Assembly (NCBI GenBank): GCA_001642005.1 | Contig: LWCA01000242.1 | Location: 1-37,253 of the forward strand | Origin: Intoshia linei | Lineage: Eukaryota > Animalia > Orthonectida | DNA length: 37,253 nucleotides | Direction of reading: 5' to 3' | In this document: positions 25,201-34,750 of the stretch, one piece after another | Layout: every line of letters begins with the position of its first letter | Position numbering within the stretch: position 1 is the stretch's first letter | The notes under the pieces: model-generated | What the model was told of the DNA's origin: nothing | What the model saw: the letters and a program-made list of their open reading frames with translations, nothing else | Database searches by the model: none | Made by a program: the position numbers and the translations under genes

Positions 25201-28200
25201 AATGAAAATTGTAGGTCCTAGTTATAAATCTTTATATTGTATTAGTTATAAGGTCTAACATTTAATTTAAAATTTTTTAAATTAAAATAAAAAAAAACAT
25301 TTGACAGCTATACTACGAGACAAACCAATATGTAACAATTAATAAATAGTTAAAAAACAATACACACAAACATTTTGTTTAAAATGAGTTCATAACATTT
25401 AAAAACCAATGTAGCATTTTAATACGCAACTAACATTAACTATTTCATAACATTGATATGAGTACAATTATGGTTACTTCACATTCAATGGTACCTCAAC
25501 CCCAGCAAATTACTCCAGTTGCAGTTCAACCGTTTCAACCAGCTCCACAATATCAACCATTTCAACAGCTTCAACCTGTACAACAATTTCAGACAACTCC
25601 ATCATCTCCAGTTCAAACAAGACAACCACAACAAAATACAATTGTCATCCAACAAAATAATATTAGACCTCAAAATTATCTGTGTTTGGCCATATTTATT
25701 ACTTTATGTTGCAATTTCATCTTTGGTAATATAAAAATTTTAAAAATGTTCCCCTTTCATTTATACCTTATACTTGATATTTGTAGAGTAAGGGTTGGTT
25801 TCGGAGTTGTAGTCTAACAAATAGTACTATTAACCCATTGAGACATTTTGACGCATTTTTAAGTCATCAATTTAAATAACGTATTTATATTGAACCATAT
25901 AATTTTTGTTCGTGTATTTTACCACAGATTGAAAATGTAGGTCAAATTTTTCAATGGGTTAAAGGACAAACGCTCGATACGCAAAAATAATCAGTTAAAT
26001 TGCAAAAATTCTGTTAAACAAGACATATACGATATCATAAAATATTATAATGCACAAAAGTAGATGAAATATTACTAGCTTGTTTTTAAAAATTTAAAAT
26101 TTGAAATATTTAAAAAGTCCGTAGTAAATGTTTTTGGTGGAGCGAGGCTTAAAAGGGTTGAAAATCCAGAGTTATTATATTGAAACTTACAATGTATTTA
26201 TGAATATTTTAGGAATAATTGCTATACTCTTTTCAATTATGTCATCACAGTCAGCTGATCAAAACAACATGAATGATGCAAGATCCAAAGGAAAAATATC
26301 ATTATTTCTATCTATTTTTGGAGTCATTGTTACAATAATTATTATAATTATAGTGGCATCTGCAACAAATTACTATCCATCAAGCTACACACACAGTTAT
26401 TACTCTGATCCATATTACAATAATTATTCGTTGTAATACTCCTACTATAGAAATATTTTAATGATAATTATAATTATAAATGAATTTGTAAATTTAAATT
26501 AAATGTAAATGCAAAAGTAAAAAATAAACTGTATTTAGTTAGAAAATTGCACAAAAAGTGAAAATATTCAATTTTTTATGAAACATTAAAAATTCAGATT
26601 AAAATTTCAGCATAACAAATATAATTATAGTGTTTAAAAATGCAAAGAACTGACGTTAGAGAAATAAAAATATATTGCACAATTTTCTAATGATGATTAA
26701 TGACCAGAGCCGTCTTAAGCCATTTCGGGGCCCTGGGCTAAGCAAAGGGCCGGGCCTTTAAAATTTCGAGCGAAGCGATAAAAAAATTTAGGTCCCCTGT
26801 TTAGAAGACAGGGCATACTGTTGGTTGTAGACTTTTCATTGTAGGTTGTAGGTTGTTGTAGTTTTAAGTAGATAAAATACACCATTTTAAAAAAGGGTGC
26901 ATTTTATACCCAAAATTACTGTAATACATCCAGGTAATAATGTAGGACCGTAGAAAGCCAGCACTACGACCGGGTCAGATGAAAATTATAGGCCCATTAA
27001 ATTTTTTTAAAATAATAATCGAAAGTTTATAATATACATTGTTTAATCCAGTGTTTCCCAATCAGGGACCAGGCCCCACTGGTGGCATGGTGAAATTTTT
27101 GGTGGGACATTGGAAATTTGGTGGGGCCTGGTAAATGTTACGAATTTATAGTATTATGAAAACTTTAGATTAATTTATTATTAGATGTTTATATAGAAAA
27201 TATTTCATCCATATATCATCCATATATAATTATAATTATAGTCATTTTTTTTAGTTAAATAAATCCTGTTACAGAATTAGCAAAAAAACAATATTAACAA
27301 TGTAAATCATATAAAAATAATGAAAAATCATTTTAATACACGTTTTGAAGATATCTAAGTTATGGATTTTCTATTGTGGTTGATGCAACCTTTTCTAGTG
27401 AGCTTATTAAATTTAAATATCAAATATCGAGAAGAACTAATAATACCAATATCTTTTATACATGATAAATTTTTAGAAACTGTATTTAGCATGAAATGAA
27501 TTGTAATGTAACTTGCCAAAAAAATTTTAAAAAACTATCCAATTTTAACTAAGTTTTTTATGATGGCTTTGTTGCCATTTCCATCCTCTTATTTAGTAGA
27601 TTGCGGTGTTAGTGCTGTTTTAGACTTACAAAACTGTTTGTACTAACAAAAAAGAGACATAGGCTCCAAATTTCAGAACGAATAAATCTACGTTTAAAGC
27701 TTACAATTTTAGTGCCTAATTTTAAGAAAATCTCTAAGAATCTTCAGATTAACCATCTCATTAATTCTAAAAAATAAATACATTATTATTCTTTTTATCA
27801 TTATTTTATTATAATTCGCTCGAATTTCAACAATAATAGCTTTCCATTTATATTTTATTATAGTTTTTAATAAAAATTAATCATTGAATTAATAATAATT
27901 TTTTGAAAAGTGAAAGTGGGGCCTAGCATGAAAAAGTTCGAAAACACTGATTTAATCGATCGTTTATTGTCTAAAAATTTAAAATAACAGTTGGAAATCG
28001 CATTGGTCATCATAAAAATAAAATTTTCCAACATTACCATTAAACTAAAATAGTAGCTCCCTCCAGATTATAGGTCAGGTCTATGTGGCCCCTAGCCCAC
28101 CTCCACGACCCTGAATACATGTATAGTCAAAATCTCATTTAACGAATATTTCATTTAACGAACATCGAAAAATTGATAAACTATTAATATTATAAGTCAA

Positions 28201-29368
28201 TATAAATAAATTGATCGTAATCTGTTTATTTTTACATTTCTAATATTTCCGTTAAATTCATTTAACGAATATGCCATTTTAACGTTTTGCTATTTTCGTT
28301 AAATGAGATTTTGACTGTATACTGGTCTGTTAAATAATTTCTAGGATACATACCTAGATAAATCATTACTTTAACTCAATTTCCTGTCTTAAAATCTTTA
28401 ATTTTTGTTTTGGGTCGGCGTGAGGGTTTGTATACATATTGCTAATTAAATCCTTTGAAAAAATTTCGATTTGTTTATCAAAATATAAACTTGTTCCAGT
28501 ATTGTCCAAATACGTAATATCTAAAAAAATTTGGTATATTATTAAAATGATAGGGTTTTTATGTTATTTTTAAATGAATGGCTTATTTAAAAAAGGCGTA
28601 TTTATATATATTTATCTAGAATATATTTGGTAGATTTCAATTTTTTCATTTAGTAACGTTCAATAATTTAATATTAAAAATTTTAATATCACTACACAGT
28701 AGTCTAAACTGCTTGAATTGGTCCAAACATAAATTTTTTTAATTAAATTATTAAACGTTACTAAATGAAAAAATTGAAATCTACAAAGTATTTTTAGATA
28801 ATACAGTGAAACCTCTTTATAAACAAACCCCTCTATAAACAAATTATTATGCTTTTAAAAATATATCAATCCTATATAATTTGTTTATTACATTTTCACA
28901 TGTCAAAGTTTACGTTGTATGGAATTTTTATGACACTTATCACGCTTTTTTGATTACTCCAAAAAACAAATTAGTCATTAAATTTTCAAAATCGTTTGTT
29001 TATAAAGAGGTTTTACTGCATATATTAATAACTTTGAAAAATGGATCCAGAAAATAGAATGAAATTAATTTAAAAAAATATCTAAAAAAAGTGAACTGAA
29101 AATTAATTATACCGACAAAATTTTTATAAAATTTTTATACTATTGCTTACTCACGATATTTTCTTACTGGTTCGATACGATATTTATTAAATATCCATTG
29201 TATAAAATTTATACTATAAATCATTCCACAATTTTAATTTTAATTCACAACACAACGCCCATCCACAGGTAAACATATTTAATTAATATAATAAAAATAT
29301 TAAAATGTAAATTAAAAAATATAAAAAACAAAAAAACTACCTTCAATTCTTTTAATCTCTTTATTCAT
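16254..29368 (-). CDS. MOCOS: Molybdenum cofactor sulfurase-like protein, NifS/PLP domain only, about 448 aa, 10 exons
   Basis: Exons 29341-29368, 28370-28520, 21954-22090, 18968-19081, 18694-18927, 18529-18652, 18358-18434, 18096-18301, 16450-16566, 16254-16412 (1347 nt, in frame). Motifs [87 protein letters not shown]. Confidence 0.92.
16645..17190 (+). mobile_element. Helitron-family fragment (5' part)
   Basis: tacttatatataaagtaattttctaaaaatgtatgtc...gtttg resembles 23874-23950; contains the family subrepeats. Confidence 0.6.
17233..18063 (+). mobile_element. Non-autonomous Helitron with both termini, in a MOCOS intron
   Basis: A|TCCTTACTTATA at the 5' end; 3' hairpin ctgtttgtatgtagtacataacag followed by tcaacCTAG|T; no TSD. 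Confidence 0.85.
19604..19848 (-). pseudogene. H2A: Histone H2A pseudogene with internal deletion and frameshift, in a MOCOS intron
   Basis: [37 protein letters not shown], then in another frame [41 protein letters not shown]. About 48 central codons are missing; length 245 nt is not a multiple of 3. Confidence 0.92.
20020..21691 (-). mobile_element. Decayed DNA transposon with transposase remnants (possibly Sola2-like)
   Basis: Broken intronless ORFs 20631-21457 ([22 protein letters not shown]; [11 protein letters not shown]; GIICCDHIL) resemble DDE transposase segments; right terminus gaacagCCC|ta at 21691. The left boundary is uncertain. Confidence 0.5.
22668..23599 (+). CDS. CD225/dispanin family membrane protein (PRRT1/IFITM-like), copy 1, about 177 aa, nested antisense in MOCOS intron 2
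   Basis: Exons 22668-22935 and 23334-23599; P/Q-rich N-terminus, then [31 protein letters not shown]...[20 protein letters not shown], the CD225 pattern; Tyr-rich tail. Confidence 0.88.
23519..23575 (+). repeat. Coding 18-bp tandem repeat (YY[T/S]DPY x3)
   Basis: tattacaccgatccatat / tattactctgatccatat / tattattctgatccatat; the paralog has a single unit. Confidence 0.85.
23870..25005 (+). mobile_element. Non-autonomous Helitron with both termini, containing a nested inverted Helitron 3' fragment (about 24383-24797)
   Basis: A|TCCATACTTA...hairpin-tcaacCTAG|T; the paralogous empty site is at 26682/26683 (gcacaa|ttttctaat vs gtacaa|...|ttgtataat). The inner copy begins a|ctaggttgactgttatgtac, the reverse complement of the same 3' end. 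Confidence 0.88.
25458..26436 (+). CDS. CD225/dispanin family membrane protein, copy 2, about 163 aa, nested antisense in MOCOS intron 2
   Basis: Exons 25458-25725 and 26213-26436; [31 protein letters not shown]...[10 protein letters not shown]; retains the CC motif. Confidence 0.9.
25834..25958. mobile_element. piggyBac-like MITE (125 bp) in the dispanin copy 2 intron
   Basis: TTAA|CCCATTGA...TCAATGGG|TTAA; TIR similarity extends about 27 bp. Confidence 0.8.
27049..27949 (+). mobile_element. Internally deleted hAT (Buster/Charlie-type) transposon
   Basis: TIRs CAGTGTTTCCCAA / TTCGAAAACACTG; 8-bp TSD gtttaatc / atttaatc; transposase C-terminal remnants [16 protein letters not shown] and [27 protein letters not shown]. 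Confidence 0.88.
28124..28317. mobile_element. Tc1/mariner-pogo-type MITE
   Basis: TA|(c>t)agtcaaaatctcatttaacgaa ... ttcgttaaatgagattttgactg|TA. Confidence 0.85.
28804..29018. mobile_element. pogo/Tigger-type MITE in MOCOS intron 1
   Basis: TA|cagtgaaacctctttataaacaaac ... gtttgtttataaagaggttttactg. Confidence 0.85.
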
Positions 29369-29465
29369 GGCTAATATTTTAAAATAAATTATCTAATGTC
29401 CAATAAATTAAAATATTATTAACTTTATTTCTATTTATATTTTCAAATCCAAGTGACAAATTTAC
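29369..29465. promoter_or_regulatory. Putative minimal bidirectional promoter MOCOS/NDUFA13
   Basis: Only 97 bp between divergent ATGs at 29368 and 29466. Confidence 0.6.
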
Positions 29466-31444
29466 ATGAATTACAGACAGGATTTACCACCAAAAGATGG
29501 TTATAAACCTATAGAATGGTTAAGGAAAACAAAATTTTCCAACAAAAATCGTATATTTATAATGCACCCATTTAGCATATAATCTCAATAATAAAATTAT
29601 AACTTTCTGTATTAAAATGTTGAATGTTTTAGCTATCTAGTATGGTTTTCAGGGCTGAACCTACCATACTGAAACCATCTTTGGGGGATCGACAAAATGT
29701 TTGTTCATTTAATTTTTTGTATTTTGTTTATGCTGAATGAGCATTGCTAATGTAGGATTAAAATATTTATAGATATTAGAAATAAATTAAAAATTTTATT
29801 ATATTTTTTGCTGATTTTTTACGTGTCTTTTGTACCGTGGTGTGTTAATAATTGGACTCCTCTTACCTATGATTGACAGTACATTTATAAACAAAATAAT
29901 ATTACATTTTAGTGTATAAGTTTGGTTTAGCAATGTTGGGAGTGCATGTTGTTGGTTACACTGTTTGTAATAGACAAACAAAAGATATTCGGTATATATT
30001 TATGTTATATTATAATTTCGAGCAATGTAGTACTATTGTTCACCCGTGGCTCATGGGCCGTGGGTAAAATAACCATTTTTTTCACTCTATTCAGATAAGA
30101 GTAGCGGATAGGTGGGTGCAAGGGAGGCGGTCCCCCTGGCGTGACAAATGTGCCCTAAAATATTTTAATTTGTATGTTAACATTGTGTAAAATTAAAAAT
30201 AATTTCTAGGACCCATTAAATTAAATTAAATTGCGTTTATTGAATTATGCTTGTATAAAAATTCAAATTTAAATAAATTATATGAGTTTGATCCTCTAAT
30301 AATTATTTCGCCCACCTGGCTGAACATTTTATATCCGCCACTGAGTGGTAGCAGAGTGTTTTCAAAATTATTAAAAGTCTGGTTTGTTATATATTTTGTA
30401 GTTAATTTCATTTTGAAAAAAGTTATTAAAACTACAATGTAGATTTTAAATTAACGTTAAGGCAGCATCGTGAGGGTCAGTTAAATATACCCGACGGTCG
30501 TATTATTATAACTTAATTTTTTTAGCTAATGAGTCCATCGATAAATGATATATAATTTGATTGTCATTATTAACTATTGTAAATTTAATTTTTTTAATTA
30601 GTTACATTATGTATTTGGCTTTTATTCTCTATGAAAATATTTTTTAACGTTTATAATTTTTAAGTTACGAAAATTTGCGATATAATATTATATGAGGAAA
30701 CACAGTATTCTCCCTATTTTGCTGCTTACCTCTTGTTTTCAGAAGATACCATTTAATAACAGCGGAAATGGCAAAAATACATTAAAGATATATCTATATT
30801 ATCGATTTTGTTTTTGCAAAAAATTTTATAATTATTTAATGACGAGTTTATAATTGTATTTTTATTATAGTCGTATGGAAATTGAACAAATGGATTCAAA
30901 TATTGCTTTACAACCATTTTTATATGCTGAATCCGACAGAAAGTATTTTTTTAAATTTTAATTTTATATTTTTAAAAAGAATGGTAATCTAGGGTTTTGA
31001 TCATGAAAGGCAAGTTTTTGAAGTATCTATTTATGATAATGTTTATGATTTAAAAAAGTATCCCAGAAGTAGTTTATAAATTTATACCTGTTATTTTCAG
31101 CCTTTTTCAATAATCGTTCTATTGAATTCTACATTAAATATTGGGGCAGTGTTTTTATCTAGCTCAATAGTTTTTATCTTATTAAATTTTTACATTAATT
31201 TTGTATAATATTATTATTAATTTATTATTTTAGATATTTGAGACAAGTACGGAGAAATCGGGAATATGAACGTGAACTAATGAGTGATGTTCCAGGATGG
31301 GTAGTTGGTACATTATGGGGTGAACCAGTCTATTTCAATAAAAATGATCGATTTCCACCGAAAAATATACACGAATTGTACGCACATACCCATGTAAGAA
31401 ATACTGATAATCGATTTTTAACAAACATGTCTAAATTTGAATGA
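29466..31444 (+). CDS. NDUFA13: NADH dehydrogenase 1 alpha subcomplex subunit 13 (GRIM-19), about 148 aa
   Basis: Exons 29466-29550, 29913-29991, 30871-30942, 31234-31444 (447 nt, in frame): MNYRQDLPPKDGYKPIEW...IALQPFLYAESDRKYLRQVRRNREYERELMSDVPGWVVG. Confidence 0.93.
30099..30343. mobile_element. Degenerate hAT-like MITE in an NDUFA13 intron
   Basis: Left gagtagcggata versus right tatccgccactg (consensus CAGTGGCGGATA); GC-rich subtermini; no clear TSD. Confidence 0.55.
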
Positions 31445-31858
31445 TTAAAAATTGTTACATTTTTACTTTGTATGCGATATTTTTTGTTTATTCATCTTCT
31501 CTTAATTTTAGTAACATTTTTCATAATTTTTTATATTTTTATAAAAAATTAAAAAACCCAATAAATGTTCAAAAATTCAAACCACGACCTGTCCGATTAA
31601 AAATGAAAAAATTTTAATTTATTTAAATTTTATTTTTTGCATCTGATTGGAATTAATATATCAAACATTTGATGGATAATAATAATGGTACGGATTGCAA
31701 CCAAATAATATTTACGGCGCGTGTGAACGTTTAATAAAAAATGTAAATTTATTGAATTTGTAAAATAATATGTCGGTTAATAAGTTTAATAATTGAAACA
31801 TTCCAATTTACAAATAAATTTTTTTTTATATAACAATCGATAAATTTAACAAAATTCA

Positions 31859-33838
31859 TTAAACAAAGATTTCACCACTATTACTAGAATGTGATTCTGT
31901 GGAACTGGATTCATCGGAATATATACTAAATTTGGGATGTTCTCTAAATATTTTTTTAGTATCATTAGGAAAATTGAGACATTGGAATTTTTCATCTTCA
32001 CTAAGTGGTACCAAAATGGATTTAGGAAGCCAACCTGATTTTGTTCTATCCATATAAGATATAGCATAACAATCATTGCCTTTGGGAACCCCATAAACTA
32101 TAAATATTTCATTAAATTTAGCACTAATATTATGCATATGTTCTGGCATGTGATTGCGAATAGATTTGTACAGATCTCGCTGTGGTAGTTCCTAAATTCA
32201 TTATCAATATTAAAAAGTATTTAAAAAATATATTACCTTGAGTTTGGTTGATTTGGTAGGTATATTTACAACATTTGATTGAACAGAGTGTTTTTTCTTA
32301 TATCGATGGCTAATTTTGCGCATAAAAGATGGAGCGCGATTATTGCTATTTTTAATAGAGTTTTTTCTACTGCTTTCATTATCACTTTTATCTCGTCTAG
32401 ATTTAGAAATGTCATTATCAGGTTGAAATTGTTTCGAGTTTTCAGCAAGTTTATTGAGTCGACTTTTAGTGTCTTGCTGGTCCAAGAGATTATACACATC
32501 CTTCATCCATTCCTTAAGGGAAACTGTAGAAATATTTGGTTTAATGGCACTGCACATACTACTTCGACGCCTTCCAAGGGTAAATACTTTATCAGCGTTA
32601 GGTTCAAGTCCATTATCGCAAATGGCGATAGTTTCATCTTGGCAAATTAAATAGACTATATACAACCCGTGATTATTGCAATCATTTAAAATGAAACTAC
32701 TGGAATTTTTCTCCTCTCGGACTGATAGATAATTTATTGGAAATTCATATTTAAGCGTATATTGACTTTTGTAGAATCGATCGGCGTTTTGGTTCAATTC
32801 TTTGCAAACTATGAGGTATTTTTCAAATAAAAATAAATATCTTTGACAACTTTTGTCATTTTTGAGAGGAAAATTATGAAATTTTATAAATGGCCCATAT
32901 TTGAACATGTCCGTTACACCGACAATTTCAAAATTTTCGAGACACTGGTTGAGTCTGTGCACAACATTGGCCATGAGAATAACAATTGCAGAAATTTTTT
33001 TTGAAGTTGTTTGATTAGCATTCTTAGTAAATTTAGCCAATTGGCCTAAAAGTAAGTGATATTTGGTAATTCTTTGGATCGGGCTAAGTAAGTATGCACT
33101 AAGAGGTAGTCGGTGGTTTAATTGTTTTTGGCATTCCATAAAATAGACATTATCGTGTCCTAGTGCATTGAGAATGCTTTCAGAAATTATTTTGTTACGA
33201 CAATAGTACTTGTAAACATCAAATTTAGTTTCTTTTTTTTCAAATACTTGAGCCATCGCCAAGGGGCTATTAAAATTAGATTCCATCATGGGTAATAACG
33301 TGTTTGCATGAAAATTGTAAATTTCTTCAAAATTTGAAAATAATTCAATTTTATAACATTTTAATAGAAAGGGCGCTATTGGTTCGACGTCAGAGTCTAT
33401 TTGTCCGATGTAAACATTGATAACACTCTTCATATCGTATATAAACCTTTTTTCCGTTTCTACAATTTCAGACATTGCTTCATTTAGTTTATGACTATCC
33501 AGTGTTGTTTTCGGAGTACTCGTGTTTCCAGCCAGGGATTCAAAACTTTCAATTTCTGTAAGAGATACTGTTGTTTCATTTTGTACGGTTCCTACATTTG
33601 AATATGATTTACTCTTCTGGTTTAAAGAAAATTGGTCAAAATTTTCACGGCATTTTTCACCGTCAGAATCTATATTTTTGCAGCTATTTGACATTTTTGA
33701 TGTTATAGAATTATTCCGTTTTGATTCATTTATGTTTGAACCGTCCGAGTTGTAGCCACTGTATTGTGAACTAATTTCTTGGATTATAGCTCGATAGTTG
33801 CTTGGAAAAGTAGTGTTTCTATCAGAATAATTAGACAT
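31859..33838 (-). CDS. Dbl-family Rho guanine nucleotide exchange factor, DH-PH-SH3 (Dbs/MCF2L-like), about 644 aa
   Basis: Exons 32237-33838 and 31859-32191 (45-nt intron). DH motifs MSEIVETEKRFIYDM, LFSNFEEIYNFH, LPLSAYLLSPIQRITKYHLLL; PH motif RYLFLFEKYLIVCK; degenerate SH3 ending SGWLPKSILVPL. An upstream exon is possible (acceptor-like tttag near 33848). Confidence 0.88.
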
Positions 33839-34750
33839 GGTCAATTTCTAAAATTTATCATTAATCTTGAATGCTAATCCCTGGTTGCAATGTGTAAAAC
33901 ACATATTTATCGATTTATATCAATTTATGCGTGAAATTCGTTCATTTTTAACATGACGAAATTTAATCACATTTAACATACTTTTGGAATTAGTGAAAAT
34001 GCCAATATTATATTATCGACATTAAAATCGTTATATATTGCAATTAAATTTTCATGGATTTTTCGTTTTTTTATAAAAATATTTATAAACATCCTCACTC
34101 ACTCAAATTCTGTCACGTACTATAAAAAATAAACTGAAAACTTTGTAATAAACTAAATTTCTTTGATTTTGCAAGAATGTACATTAAGGTGTTTCAAAAA
34201 AAATGAAAAATTATATTTTTGAACATCCTTAGGTATAATAGTGATCAAGTATAAAAAGAAAGGGTCTTTCGTATTTTAAAGCCAATAGTTTGAAGATTTT
34301 ATATAAACTTTATTAAAAAAATAAATATTGTCATAAAACCACCAAATTGAATTATAGTTTATTGAATTTATCGTACTTTTTATAATGAGCATGGATATTT
34401 CGAGTTTAGATAATATTATATAGGAATAATATTAAATTGCAAACTTTTGTAGTAAACCAATTGAGAAAATGTAAATTTTTTGTAAACAAATTTAAATATC
34501 AATTTTAAAGAAAATCACTCGAGTCAAAATAAATATAAACGTGATGTGGGCCAGCGGTTTGACACCACTGGAATATGGGCAGAGCCGACCCAGCTATGCG
34601 AGAGACCGAAAAATTTTTGAAAAACAATACTTAACGTTGAATTAGAATATATGTAAACAAAATATCATACATGTATATCCTGACCTATTTTGATTAAAAT
34701 TTATAGATGATTTTTGCATTTTTATTCTACCAAAAAAATCAATTCAATAA

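Larger units (their letters stand above)
22466..26682 (+). repeat. Tandem segmental duplication (22466-23869 vs 25243-26682) carrying the dispanin genes
   Basis: Colinear similarity from tagttataaggtctaaca through promoter, exons, intron ends and 3' flank to atattgYacaa. Confidence 0.9.

Noticed and set aside
32266-33755. Overlapping and antisense ORFs within the RhoGEF exon (similar ones in CCDC25, dispanins and UQCRC2)
   Set aside because: Shadow ORFs of real coding sequence with no recognisable motifs.
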